This document shows positions 28,521-38,857 of a stretch of 64,000 nucleotides of DNA, one piece after another (position 1 is the first letter of the stretch; every line of letters begins with the position of its first letter). The notes under the pieces are model-generated. The model did not search any database, had not been told where the DNA came from, and worked only from the letters and a program-made list of their open reading frames with translations. The position numbers were made by a program, and so were the translations under genes. Source of the DNA: Spirochaetaceae bacterium (lineage in GTDB: Bacteria; Spirochaetota; Spirochaetia; DSM-2461); contig JAOPTT010000005.1 in assembly GCA_051531975.1 (NCBI GenBank), forward strand, positions 96,001 through 160,000, written 5' to 3'.

Positions 28521-30053
28521 CTACAGTTTATACTGTTTTTGGACTGAAATTATGTGTTTTTTCCAAATATTTCGTCTATTTTGTCTATCTAATACAGTCA
28601 TTGATGGCATGAACTTTTTATGGGGAATCTTCATCTGGGATATTTCTTCTCTACTTGCCCATACACCAATTGCTAATCCTGCAAAATATGCTGCTCCAAT
28701 AGATGCTAAATCACTTTCATCTGAACGGTAGATCTCTTTACCAGAAAAGTCTGCTAGACACTGCATTAAAACATCGGAATTTGTTACACCACCATCAACT
28801 CTTATGGAAGTTATTGCTATTTTTGTCTCTGTTTCCATTCCATCAATAATATCTACGACTCGATGGGCTATTCCTTCTATTATGCCTCTTGCAATATGTT
28901 TTTTTTCAGTTAGCAAAGATAACCCAGAAAATGAAGCTTTAAGTTCTGGTTTAAAATACGGAAACCTAATTCCAGTTAAAGTTGGTACTACAAACAGTCC
29001 TTTTGAATCAGTACATTCTGTCGCAAACTTATCTAATTCCTGAGGCGATTTAAATAGTTTGACCTTATCTACAACCCAGTCAATAAATGTTCCAACAGTT
29101 GCGACCTGACCTTCTAATTCATATTGTGGTATGCCTTTAAAGGTCCATGCAATTAATGGGAATAGTCCTTTTGTAGAAAACTTTGGTTTATATCCTACAT
29201 TCATCGATACAAATGCTCCTGAACCAAGGCTAATTTTAACATCCCCTTTATTAAAACATCTATGACCAAATAGTGATGCTTGCTGATCTCCAACTACACA
29301 AGTTACTGGTATTGTTTTACCAAAAATTGTGTGGTCTGTATTACTTAGATAGTCATTTGTATTACATACTTTAGGTAGAATATTCATAGGAATTTTAAAA
29401 ATTTTACAAAAAAGAGTATTCCATTTCATCATAAAAGGATTTAGTAGGGTAGTTGCTGCTGCGTTTGTATAATCTGTAATATGATCTTTTTTTCCACTTA
29501 ATCGGTATACTAACCAACTATCAATTGTACCAAACATTACTTCATTTTTTTTACATTTTTCTTTGATATTAGGATTATTATCTAATACCCATTTTAGTTT
29601 ACATAATGTATGGTCAGTATTTAACTTTAACATCGAAGTAACTATTAAAAGAGGGTTCCGTATTAATCGACCAATGAAAAATGCTACAGTCCTTAATGTT
29701 CTCCATATTGGATTTCTATTCATTTTTCTAACTGTATCCATAGCCCGAATATCTTGCCAGTTAATAAAATTAATTAATGGTTCTCCATCCCTACTATCCC
29801 AAAGAGTAAAAGTAGACCTTTGATTAGTTATAGCTATAGCATCTATTTTAATTAGAGGAAGGTTTATACCTTTTTTTACAATATCTCTAAAGGATTCCCA
29901 TATATGTTCTGGATTGTTTTCGGTACCACCAGGTTCAGGATGTAGTATTTCTATTTTTTTATATGTTCTATGAACTATTTTACCATTTTGATCAATAATT
30001 AGAGAACGTATACCTGTACTTCCACAATCAACAACTAAGATATGTTTATTCAT
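28521..30053 (-). CDS. FGGY-family carbohydrate kinase, glycerol kinase 5-like
   Basis: DCGSTG, TNQRST, WQD.R, FGTIDSWL, GDQQASLFG and VDGG motifs. Lacks the GlpK DPYFS motif and has a longer amphipathic segment there. Confidence 0.85.
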   Translation of the reverse strand: MNKHILVVDCGSTGIRSLIIDQNGKIVHRTYKKIEILHPEPGGTENNPEHIWESFRDIVKKGINLPLIKIDAIAITNQRSTFTLWDSRDGEPLINFINWQDIRAMDTVRKMNRNPIWRTLRTVAFFIGRLIRNPLLIVTSMLKLNTDHTLCKLKWVLDNNPNIKEKCKKNEVMFGTIDSWLVYRLSGKKDHITDYTNAAATTLLNPFMMKWNTLFCKIFKIPMNILPKVCNTNDYLSNTDHTIFGKTIPVTCVVGDQQASLFGHRCFNKGDVKISLGSGAFVSMNVGYKPKFSTKGLFPLIAWTFKGIPQYELEGQVATVGTFIDWVVDKVKLFKSPQELDKFATECTDSKGLFVVPTLTGIRFPYFKPELKASFSGLSLLTEKKHIARGIIEGIAHRVVDIIDGMETETKIAITSIRVDGGVTNSDVLMQCLADFSGKEIYRSDESDLASIGAAYFAGLAIGVWASREEISQMKIPHKKFMPSMTVLDRQNRRNIWKKHIISVQKQYKL

Positions 30054-31132
30054 GGCGTTAAACTAAATGTAAGAGATTGTCTCTCGTTATATCGTTCCAT
30101 TCCATATTTATATATCCTGTCTAATAGATCTGGATATTTTAAGCCATCTTGGGCACATAACATAGAAAACATACTAACATTGGTGAAGCCTGGTATAGTA
30201 TTAATTTCATTTAGCATGAAATTACCACTTTTTTTATCTAGGAAAAAATCAACACGACTAAATCCTTTTAAATTAAGAGCTAAGTATGCCTTTTTAGCAA
30301 CTTCTTTCATCTCTTTTGATAACTTGTCATCTATTTTTGCTGGAATAATGAGCTTTGCTCCATTAGGATCTATATATTTTGCATCATAATCATAGAACTC
30401 ATGGGATGGTGCAATTTCTCCAAGACTAAAGGTTTCAGGTCTACTGTTTCCAATAATTGAGCACTCTATCTCTCTTGCATCAACTGCTGGTTCAATTAGA
30501 ACCTTTGAATCAAACTTAAATGCATTATCCATAGCTTTAAAAAACTGTTTGCTATCTTCAACTTTAGAGACACCTACAGATGAACCAGTTTGTACTGGTT
30601 TAATAAACATTGGATATAGAAACTTATCTTCAGATATTTTTTTTATTTGGTCTGGGTTATTTAAGTAGTCATATTTTTTTACACCTAAAAATGGAACTAT
30701 AGGAAGACCTTCTTTGTCCCAAACTATTTTTGCATACTCTTTATCCATAGCCATAAAACTACCATCTAGACCAGAACCGGAGTAGGGAATGTCTATAATC
30801 TCTAATAGACCTTGCATTGTTCCATCTTCCCCAAATGTTCCATGTAGAATTGGAAATATAAAATTTAGATCTAATAAATTATTATTAACCATTAAACCTC
30901 TTCCAGGCACTAGAGATACTATATTGTGCTCATCTTGTTTTATTTCTAAGGATTTACCACTATTGTCATAGTTTTCTTGTAAATACCATATACCGGATTT
31001 AGTTATACCAATTAGGTTTATATTGTATTTGGTTTTATTTAGATTTTTTTCAACTGAGGAGGCGGACATTAAAGATACATCATGCTCTCCACTTCTCCCA
31101 CCATATAATATTGCGACATTAACTCTTTTCAT
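30050..31132 (-). CDS. ddl: D-alanine--D-alanine ligase
   Basis: GGRSGEHDVS, HGTFGEDG, GSSVG, FYDYDAKY and NEINTIPG motifs. Confidence 0.96.
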   Translation of the reverse strand: MKRVNVAILYGGRSGEHDVSLMSASSVEKNLNKTKYNINLIGITKSGIWYLQENYDNSGKSLEIKQDEHNIVSLVPGRGLMVNNNLLDLNFIFPILHGTFGEDGTMQGLLEIIDIPYSGSGLDGSFMAMDKEYAKIVWDKEGLPIVPFLGVKKYDYLNNPDQIKKISEDKFLYPMFIKPVQTGSSVGVSKVEDSKQFFKAMDNAFKFDSKVLIEPAVDAREIECSIIGNSRPETFSLGEIAPSHEFYDYDAKYIDPNGAKLIIPAKIDDKLSKEMKEVAKKAYLALNLKGFSRVDFFLDKKSGNFMLNEINTIPGFTNVSMFSMLCAQDGLKYPDLLDRIYKYGMERYNERQSLTFSLTP

Positions 31133-31205
31133 ACATATATAGTATTATAAAGCTTGCAAATGAGCAATGTTTGTTGTTATCATATCTGAACCACTGGAGG
31201 TTCCT

Positions 31206-31652
31206 TTGAATTTTAATATCTCAATTGTTATAGGTTTAAGTTCTACTTTATTAGCTCAATTAATTAAGGTTATTGTTATTTTAGTAACTGATAAGAAATT
31301 TGCTGGAGACAGGATGTTCTCAACCGGTGGTATGCCATCATCTCACTCGGCAGGATTAGTATCTGTTGCTACTTCTATTGGGATTATTGATGGTTGGAAT
31401 TCAACAACATTTGGAATTGCAACAGCATTAGCATTAGTTGTAATGTACGATGCTACAGGTGTTAGACGTGCGGCTGGAGTACACGCCGAATATTTAAATG
31501 TTATAGTAGAAGAGTTATCTCATATATTCAAAAAAGATGGCGAAGAGCAAAAAGCACTAAAAACCCTTTTAGGCCATACTTATATTCAAGTTATAGCAGG
31601 TTTTCTATTAGGAATAATTTGTGCCTATTTTACTCATTATGTAATCTTATAG
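31206..31652 (+). CDS. Divergent PAP2 family membrane protein (DUF212-like)
   Basis: GGMPSSHS, MYDATGVRR.AG and LGHT motifs. Likely TTG start at 31206 after GGAGG. Confidence 0.88.
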   Translation: MNFNISIVIGLSSTLLAQLIKVIVILVTDKKFAGDRMFSTGGMPSSHSAGLVSVATSIGIIDGWNSTTFGIATALALVVMYDATGVRRAAGVHAEYLNVIVEELSHIFKKDGEEQKALKTLLGHTYIQVIAGFLLGIICAYFTHYVIL

Positions 31653-33158
31653 TAGACCTTTAGATTTCAAAATATTTTTAACTACCTCTATCTCATTCCA
31701 AGGTTTACTACCATCGGCATATTCTATTGATGTTTCATGACCTTTCCCTAAAGTTAAAATCATATCATTTTTCCGGGCTATCTCTATTGCCTTAGTAATT
31801 GCTTTTGTTCTATCGGATATGATATATAGTTCTTCCTCTGATCTATTAGATATTCCAGATTTTATATCATTTATAATTTTTAGAGAGTCCTCTAGTCTTG
31901 GGTCTTCGTCGGTTAATATAATTATATCTGAAAACTCATCTGCAATTTCTCCTTGAACAGACCTTTTTTGGGTATCTCTTTCACCAGCTGAACCAAAAAC
32001 TACTATTAGTCTACCATTCTCTGGAATACTTTTTTTTATAGCAGGAAGTACTTTTTTAAACGAACCTGGTGTATGGGCATAATCTACAACTACAGAGAAA
32101 TCTCCATTGTGTTTTACTGGATTTAACCTACCCTTTACACTTTTTAGTTGTGGAACGGTATTTATAATATCATCAACTGATTTATCCGTTATGTATATTA
32201 CAGTTAATAGAGTTCCCATTAGGTTTTCGATGTTAAATATACCTGGTAGATTTAACCTGGTACTATATTGTTTATTTTTAAAAATAAGAGTGAAACTACT
32301 ACCAGAGGCATCTAAACTAAGATCTGTTGCAAACATATCCGCGTTATCATTTTTTATACTATATGTATAACAATTTTTACCACTTGCATACTTTATGAAA
32401 TTTTCTGATTCCGGATCATCTAAATTTACAACTCCAAAAGTTAATTCTTTAGTTGTTGTTGATAATTTTCTAAATAAGTTACCTTTATCGCTTCTGTATT
32501 GTTCTAAAGTACCATGAAACTCTAGATGTTCCTGGGTTATGTTTGTGAGAATTCCAGCATTAAATTCTACATCCTTAAGCCTACAGGTTTTATTAGACAG
32601 ACCATGACTTGTAGATTCAATTATTGCATACTCTTTTCCATTGTTTATCATTTCTCTTAAAATACCGTGGATCTGGTTTGCTTCTGGTGTTGATTGTCTT
32701 AATACATTTGAATTTTCAATATCTCCACTTTTAAAACTAATTGTAGATATAAATCCAACATTTTTTTTAAGTAGTGTTAACATCTGATAGGCTAAGGATA
32801 CTGTGGTACTTTTACCATCTGTACCTGTAACACCAATTACTTTTAGTTCCATTGAAGGATAGCTATAAAAAGCAGCAGAAAAGCTAGAAAGTGCCTCTTT
32901 TGTATTTTCTACTTTAATATATACGATATTAGGATTATAATTATCTAAATTATCGCTGTGGCATATTGCTTTTGCTCCTAAATTTATAGCCTTATCTATA
33001 TATTTATGACCATCGGTATGTATACCTTTTAGGGCAAAAAATAGAGTTCCACCCATTACTCTACGAGAATCAAATTCAATATTGGTGATTTCAGGGTCTA
33101 ATTGCCCTAACTTTTGGTTAATATTGTTGCAGTTATTAAGTAAAGCTGTTATTTTCAT
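31647..33158 (-). CDS. murE: UDP-N-acetylmuramoyl-tripeptide synthetase (MurE)
   Basis: DSR, GVTGTDGKSTT, ESTSHG, TNITQEHLEFH, VDYAHTP, TDEDPR and GKGHE motifs. Confidence 0.93.
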   Translation of the reverse strand: MKITALLNNCNNINQKLGQLDPEITNIEFDSRRVMGGTLFFALKGIHTDGHKYIDKAINLGAKAICHSDNLDNYNPNIVYIKVENTKEALSSFSAAFYSYPSMELKVIGVTGTDGKSTTVSLAYQMLTLLKKNVGFISTISFKSGDIENSNVLRQSTPEANQIHGILREMINNGKEYAIIESTSHGLSNKTCRLKDVEFNAGILTNITQEHLEFHGTLEQYRSDKGNLFRKLSTTTKELTFGVVNLDDPESENFIKYASGKNCYTYSIKNDNADMFATDLSLDASGSSFTLIFKNKQYSTRLNLPGIFNIENLMGTLLTVIYITDKSVDDIINTVPQLKSVKGRLNPVKHNGDFSVVVDYAHTPGSFKKVLPAIKKSIPENGRLIVVFGSAGERDTQKRSVQGEIADEFSDIIILTDEDPRLEDSLKIINDIKSGISNRSEEELYIISDRTKAITKAIEIARKNDMILTLGKGHETSIEYADGSKPWNEIEVVKNILKSKGLL

Positions 33159-33205
33159 AGTGTTATATTAACTTAGGTATGATAAACAATTCAAGAGAGG
33201 TTTTT

Positions 33206-33574
33206 ATGTATTTTTTAAGGGTTAAAACAAATTTTTCAGCTGCTATGTATTTAGCTAACTGTGATGATAGTTATAAAGGTATGCATGGCCATGACTTTGC
33301 CGTCTCTGTAACATTAAAAAGTGATAAATTAACCTCTGCTGGAATGGTATATGATTATAATGTCGTAACAGATAAATTAAAAGAAATATCAAAATCTTTA
33401 GATCATGTTTTACTAAATGATAAAGCAGATTTTATTGAGTGTAATCCTACAGTTGAAAATCTATGTAAATATTTTTTTGATAAACTTTTAGAGGAGTTAG
33501 TAGATCTGCCAATTTACGATGTTAGAGTCTGTCAATCTAATGGTTTATCTGCTTGTTTCAGGCCTCTAGGTTAA
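33206..33574 (+). CDS. QueD/PTPS-family T-fold protein with substituted catalytic residues
   Basis: FSAA, HGH, GMV.D, LDH..LND and NPT.EN motifs. Likely start is ATG 33206. Confidence 0.75.
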   Translation: MYFLRVKTNFSAAMYLANCDDSYKGMHGHDFAVSVTLKSDKLTSAGMVYDYNVVTDKLKEISKSLDHVLLNDKADFIECNPTVENLCKYFFDKLLEELVDLPIYDVRVCQSNGLSACFRPLG

Positions 33575-35208
33575 TGTCTACAGATTCCTTTTTAACAAAG
33601 CAACTCATTGCATATATAGGTAATAAAAGATCTCTTTTGCCTTTTCTCTCAAATGTTTTTGATGGCTTAGAACTAGGTTCAAATGTTAAATTTTCAGACC
33701 CATTTGCAGGTACTGGTGCAGTTTCTCGACTAGGGAAATCTAAAGGATTTAACGTTTTTACAAACGATTGGGAACATTATTCCCATGTTGTTAATAGCTG
33801 TTATATTGGAATTGACGAAGACGAAAAAACTAATTTATTCAGAGATAAAGGTGGAATAGAAGAAGTTTTTAAGCATTTTAACAGTTTATCTGGAGATTAT
33901 ATTCCATATATAAGTAAACATTATTCTCCAAAAGATACAGATAGTGCAAACTATGTTACTGAGCGTCTTTTTTATACTACAGAAAATGGTATCTTCATCG
34001 ACAGAGCTAGAACAGAAATACACTCTTTATATCCAGAAGACTGTAAAGAGAAAAATATACTACTAGCTTCTTTGTTATATGAGGTTTCAACCCATGCAAA
34101 TACATCGGGAGTATTTAAAGCTTGTCATAAAGGTTTTGGGGGGCATGGGAAGGATGCTCTAGGCAGAATAATGGCTCCAATGAAAATGGAGATTCCTAAT
34201 TTAATAGATAGCCCTTATCAAAACACTGTTTCTAGAATGGATGCCTTAGATTTTGTGAAGGGTAAAAGTACAGATATATGTTACTTAGATCCTCCATATA
34301 ATATGCATCAGTATGGTAGTAATTATTTTATGTTAAATACTGTAGCCCTATGGGATAGACCGGTTGTTAATCAGCTTAGAGGAGAAGATGGCCGTTTTGT
34401 AGAGAAAGCTGGTATCAGAAAGGACTGGAAAAGCACAAAAAGTCCATATTGTTATAAAAGTCTGGCACCAGCATCTTTTGAAAACTTAATGAATAGTATA
34501 GATTCAAGGTATATTATTTTAAGTTATAATACTGAAGGAATTATTCCATTTGATCAGTTATTTGATACAATGGAAAAACACGGTAGGGTAAGTCTTCATA
34601 TTAAAGATTATGTTTTATATCGGGGAGGGAAACAAAGTGTCTCTCGTAAAACCCACAATATGGAACTATTATTAGTAGTAGACCGTAAAAGTAGACCTGA
34701 TGGTAAAGATCGAGTAGCTGTAGAAAGGTTTTTAAAAGAGCGTCGTATTCTAAACCAATTAAGAATGCCTTTTGAACCGACAAGGTTAAGTAGTTCGTTT
34801 TATTTTAAGGACCAAAGCTGCAAGTTAAATCCCGATATGGATAAACTAAAAACATTTAAGGGGTATAAGTTTTTAGATCAACCAACAGACCTTAATAAGC
34901 TTTCAGAATTAGAGCTTAAAAAGTTATATAACAATCTTTCAACTGCACTTTGTTCTGATAATCTTGAAGAGACAAAGGTTCTAATTACCATGTTAGAAAA
35001 TGAGGCAGAAATGAAAGTAGTAAAAAAAATACAGAAAAGGCTATTAGTTGTTTACAAAAAATTAGCCTTTAAAAAATATATAGATATATTTAATGAGATA
35101 ACTGGGATTCTTAACCAGAAGATTAAGAATAAAAATAGAAACTTTGTTGGTCTAGAAAATGGTGTTTTAGAAATTCAGAGTATCGCAAAACTGAGGTTTG
35201 AAGGTTAA
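33574..35208 (+). CDS. N6-adenine DNA methyltransferase (D12/NlaIII-like alpha class) with a C-terminal extension
   Basis: YIGNK, DPFAGTG (motif I), NDWE, YLDPPYN (motif IV), Y..NY and LSYN.EG. Start overlaps the QueD-like stop (TAATG). Confidence 0.88.
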   Translation: MSTDSFLTKQLIAYIGNKRSLLPFLSNVFDGLELGSNVKFSDPFAGTGAVSRLGKSKGFNVFTNDWEHYSHVVNSCYIGIDEDEKTNLFRDKGGIEEVFKHFNSLSGDYIPYISKHYSPKDTDSANYVTERLFYTTENGIFIDRARTEIHSLYPEDCKEKNILLASLLYEVSTHANTSGVFKACHKGFGGHGKDALGRIMAPMKMEIPNLIDSPYQNTVSRMDALDFVKGKSTDICYLDPPYNMHQYGSNYFMLNTVALWDRPVVNQLRGEDGRFVEKAGIRKDWKSTKSPYCYKSLAPASFENLMNSIDSRYIILSYNTEGIIPFDQLFDTMEKHGRVSLHIKDYVLYRGGKQSVSRKTHNMELLLVVDRKSRPDGKDRVAVERFLKERRILNQLRMPFEPTRLSSSFYFKDQSCKLNPDMDKLKTFKGYKFLDQPTDLNKLSELELKKLYNNLSTALCSDNLEETKVLITMLENEAEMKVVKKIQKRLLVVYKKLAFKKYIDIFNEITGILNQKIKNKNRNFVGLENGVLEIQSIAKLRFEG

Positions 35209-35210
35209 GA

Positions 35211-36281
35211 ATGGAAAAATTATTATTGGAAAATGGAACTGAGATACAGTTTCCTAAAAATGAAGTATTTAGAGGGTGGGATGCTGCAGATGAGTATCTG
35301 TTGTCCCAAGAGATAGAGAGTAAAATAACATTAGTTATTGGTGATACTGACGGAGCACTTACATGTGGTCTTTCTGGAGAAGTTATAAGTTTTGTAACCT
35401 CTTGTTTAAGCGAAAAGACAATTAGTAATACTTTAAGTTTAAATGAAAAGGTCGGGGGAATAATCACTGATGTAGAAGCTTTACCAGAGAACGTAGATAC
35501 AGTTATTATTAAACTTCCTAAGTCTATAGATATGTTAGAATATTACATCCAGATTATTGGAAAAAAATACCCAGGTGTTAAAGTGATAGCTGGTGGTATG
35601 GTAAAATATATGCCAATAACTATGGTTAGGTTAATGGAAGAATATTTTACTGATGTTACTACATCCTTAGCAAAGAAGAAGGCTAGACTAATTTTTGGAA
35701 CAGCTGGATTTAATAATGAAAACCCTACTGTTTTCCCTAAAAGTTACAAAACAGAACACGAATTAACAGTTGTATCATATCCTGGAGTTTTCTCTTCAGA
35801 TCATCTTGATATTGGTACACGTTTTTTACTATCACATATTCCTAAAAATAGAGCTGGTGTTATTTTAGATTTAGGTTGTGCATCAGGTGTATTAGGTTTA
35901 GTTGCTAAAAAGTTAAACCCTGAAGCTGAAATAGTTTTAACAGACGAATCTTATATGGCAACAATGTCTGCGGCGGAGAGTTTTAAAGCTAACGATTTTG
36001 AAGGAACATTTAAGACAATTAATATCCTTAAGGATTACGAATCAGATTCAGTTGATATTATTTTATGTAACCCTCCATTTCATCAAGAAAATAGAGTATT
36101 AACAGATATAGCTGTTGAGATGTTTAAACAGTCTAGAAAAGTTTTACGACGTGGTGGAACTTTGATTGTAGTTGCAAACAAACATTTAGGTTACCATAAA
36201 AAATTAAGAAGCATTTATCATAACCTAAATAGAGTTGCAGAGAATGAGAAGTTTATAATCTTCTCTGTTAGAAAGGTTTAA
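35211..36281 (+). CDS. RlmG/RsmC-like rRNA guanine-N2 methyltransferase
   Basis: WDAADEYLL, SLAKKKARL, GVFSSDHLDIGTRFLL, DLGCASG, DESYMA and CNPPFHQ motifs. Confidence 0.85.
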   Translation: MEKLLLENGTEIQFPKNEVFRGWDAADEYLLSQEIESKITLVIGDTDGALTCGLSGEVISFVTSCLSEKTISNTLSLNEKVGGIITDVEALPENVDTVIIKLPKSIDMLEYYIQIIGKKYPGVKVIAGGMVKYMPITMVRLMEEYFTDVTTSLAKKKARLIFGTAGFNNENPTVFPKSYKTEHELTVVSYPGVFSSDHLDIGTRFLLSHIPKNRAGVILDLGCASGVLGLVAKKLNPEAEIVLTDESYMATMSAAESFKANDFEGTFKTINILKDYESDSVDIILCNPPFHQENRVLTDIAVEMFKQSRKVLRRGGTLIVVANKHLGYHKKLRSIYHNLNRVAENEKFIIFSVRKV

Positions 36282-36547
36282 TCCTTAATCCAATTATATA
36301 TTGTAAAAGATGGGGCAGGGGAACAATTCTCCTGCTCTTTTGGTTTACAACCCATAGGACATCCACCACACTTTGATGGACTGTTTGAATCTGCTATTGG
36401 TAGAGTCACTTTAATATAACCTTTTTCAATTAATATGTTTATAGGCATTTCTAAGCTTTCTCTATCTACATCAAACTTAAAAGTCAGATCTGTCATTGAT
36501 ACAGACCTATTCTCTTTTATATACCGTTTGATCTCGCTAACTAACAC
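36278..36547 (-). CDS. feoC: FeoC-like winged-helix protein
   Basis: Winged-helix N-terminus with C-terminal CGGCPMGC...C. Directly after feoB. Confidence 0.8.
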   Translation of the reverse strand: MLVSEIKRYIKENRSVSMTDLTFKFDVDRESLEMPINILIEKGYIKVTLPIADSNSPSKCGGCPMGCKPKEQENCSPAPSFTIYNWIKD

Positions 36548-36556
36548 AACTTTCTC

Positions 36557-38857
36557 CTAAGTTCTTACTTTTTTACCAAGAAGTCTAAATGCCACAATTA
36601 TTATAGCTAATATAGATAGTGCTACAAAAATCCAGAGAGACTGATGTCCAGCTGTAAATTGGTAATATAGTGTTGCAACTGACCAACCTAAAAGTGTTAG
36701 GTAAGTTACTAGAACAACAGTTAAACCTGTACCTAATTCCTTAACACCTGCTCCTAATGCAGCAAAACATGGAAAATATAATAATATAAATAGAAGATAT
36801 GCATAGGCACTACTTTTAGTAAAAAATGTCTGTAATCTTTCTAGAGTTCCAAGATCAGATCCAGCTTCAGTTACCATCTGCTCAGCATCGTCAACTCCTG
36901 TAACAAGACCAACACCTAGTGGATCTGTTATTCCACCAAATACTCCGGCTAATCCATCAGGAATAGACGCAAATGCTTCCTCTATACCACCCCAGAAGTT
37001 AAATTCTTCATCCTCTGCAGTACTATCAATCTCTGCATTTTGACTATAAAGTGAACTTAATGTTCCAACAACGGCTTCTTTTGCAAACAGTCCTGTAAAT
37101 ATACCAACTGTTGCTGGCCAGTTATCTTTCTCAATACCCATTGGTTCAAATATAGGTGTAATACTTTTACCTACAACTGCAAGTATAGAGGATTGACTAT
37201 CTTCGTTTCCAAAACTTAAACCACTGTTTTTATCGTAACCCATAGAGTTTAATATACCTAAGATACCAACAGCTATAATAATTACTGAACCACCTCTGAT
37301 ACAAAATGATTTTAACTTAATCCATGTATGAATTAATATGTGTCTCAATCTAGGTGCATGGTAAGGAGGAAGTTCCATAATAAAATGTGATGTTTCACCT
37401 TTGAATAGTGTGTTTTTTAATAAAAGTCCTGTTAATATTGAAAGAACAATACCAACAAGATAGATACTAAATAGTACTATAGCTTTAGACTCTGGAAAAA
37501 ATGCAGCTAAAAATAGAGCATAAACAGGCATCCTTGCACCACAGGACATAAAAGGAGTCATAAAGATTGTCATCATCCTATCTCTTTTACTTTCTAATGT
37601 TCTTGTAGCCATTATAGCAGGAACTGTACAACCAAAACCAACAATCATTGGTATGAATGACTTTCCAGGTAGACCTATAGCTCTCATGAATCTATCCATA
37701 ACAAATGCAGCTCTAGCCATGTAACCAGAATCCTCTAATAGGGATAACATAAAAAACATGAAGAATATAATAGGAATAAATGTTGCGACTGTTTGAAGAC
37801 CAGCACCAATTCCACCGGCTAAAATATTAATAATCCAATCAGGAGTATTTAGTAAACCTAAAAGTGTACCAAATCCATCTACAAATATTGTTCCAAAAAG
37901 AATATCAAAAAAGTCAATAAAAGCTCCACCAACAGAGATTGTTACACCAAAAACTAAAAACATAGCAACTAAAAATATTGGAATACCTAAATATTTATTT
38001 AGAACAACTTTATCTATTTTTTTTGATACGGAACGTCTATTTCCTTTACGTTTTAATGTATCTTTTACAATTCCATTTATAAAGGCATATTTATAATCTG
38101 CTATAATTATATCTGTTTCATCATCTAATATTTTTTCAATATTTGTTATCTCTTGTTCAATATCTTTATCAGTTAGATCCCCTGATTTAACAACTTCTGA
38201 ATGTACAAAATTATCTCTTTCTAATAGTTTAATTCCTACCCATTGTTTGTTTGCACCAATTATTTTAGAACTGTTATCTAGTTTTGATTCCCATTTCTCT
38301 AAAGTTTCACTGATTTCATTAGGATAAGATATTTTAGTGTTAGATGGGCGTGTATTATTAGCATTTTCTATAATAGCAGCTTTTACATCAGCTGAACTAT
38401 TTTTTTCAAGTGCAGAAATTGGAACAACAGTACAACCTAAATGTTTTTCAAGATGTTTGACATCTATTTTTATTCCTTTTCTCTCAGCCAAGTCCATCAT
38501 ATTTAGAATTACCATAACAGGAACTTTCATCTCAATTAATTGTGTTAACAGATATAAGTTTCTCTCTATATTAGAAGCATCTATTATATCAATAACAAGT
38601 GAACTCTCTCCACCTAAGATATAGTCTCTAGCTACTTTTTCATCCTCAGATGCTGCAGATAATGAGTATATTCCTGGAAGGTCAACTATGTTTATTTTAT
38701 TGTCAGATCCTTTTAAAAATCCTTCCTTTTTCTCAACTGTAACACCTGCCCAGTTTCCAACTCTCTGGTTTCCACCAGTTAATGCGTTAAAAACTGTAGT
38801 TTTACCACTATTAGGATTACCTACAATCGATATGTTTGTGATTTTGTCATTCGCCAT
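36557..38857 (-). CDS. feoB: Ferrous iron transporter FeoB
   Basis: GNPNSGKT, NWAGVTVE, DLPG, LEDSGYMAR, GFGCTVPA and SCGAR motifs. Confidence 0.97.
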   Translation of the reverse strand: MANDKITNISIVGNPNSGKTTVFNALTGGNQRVGNWAGVTVEKKEGFLKGSDNKINIVDLPGIYSLSAASEDEKVARDYILGGESSLVIDIIDASNIERNLYLLTQLIEMKVPVMVILNMMDLAERKGIKIDVKHLEKHLGCTVVPISALEKNSSADVKAAIIENANNTRPSNTKISYPNEISETLEKWESKLDNSSKIIGANKQWVGIKLLERDNFVHSEVVKSGDLTDKDIEQEITNIEKILDDETDIIIADYKYAFINGIVKDTLKRKGNRRSVSKKIDKVVLNKYLGIPIFLVAMFLVFGVTISVGGAFIDFFDILFGTIFVDGFGTLLGLLNTPDWIINILAGGIGAGLQTVATFIPIIFFMFFMLSLLEDSGYMARAAFVMDRFMRAIGLPGKSFIPMIVGFGCTVPAIMATRTLESKRDRMMTIFMTPFMSCGARMPVYALFLAAFFPESKAIVLFSIYLVGIVLSILTGLLLKNTLFKGETSHFIMELPPYHAPRLRHILIHTWIKLKSFCIRGGSVIIIAVGILGILNSMGYDKNSGLSFGNEDSQSSILAVVGKSITPIFEPMGIEKDNWPATVGIFTGLFAKEAVVGTLSSLYSQNAEIDSTAEDEEFNFWGGIEEAFASIPDGLAGVFGGITDPLGVGLVTGVDDAEQMVTEAGSDLGTLERLQTFFTKSSAYAYLLFILLYFPCFAALGAGVKELGTGLTVVLVTYLTLLGWSVATLYYQFTAGHQSLWIFVALSILAIIIVAFRLLGKKVRT

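Noticed and set aside
33206..35208. Complete 7-deazaguanine DNA modification (dpd) or restriction-modification system
   Set aside because: No dpdA/TGT, queC, queE, folE or recognisable endonuclease in the window.
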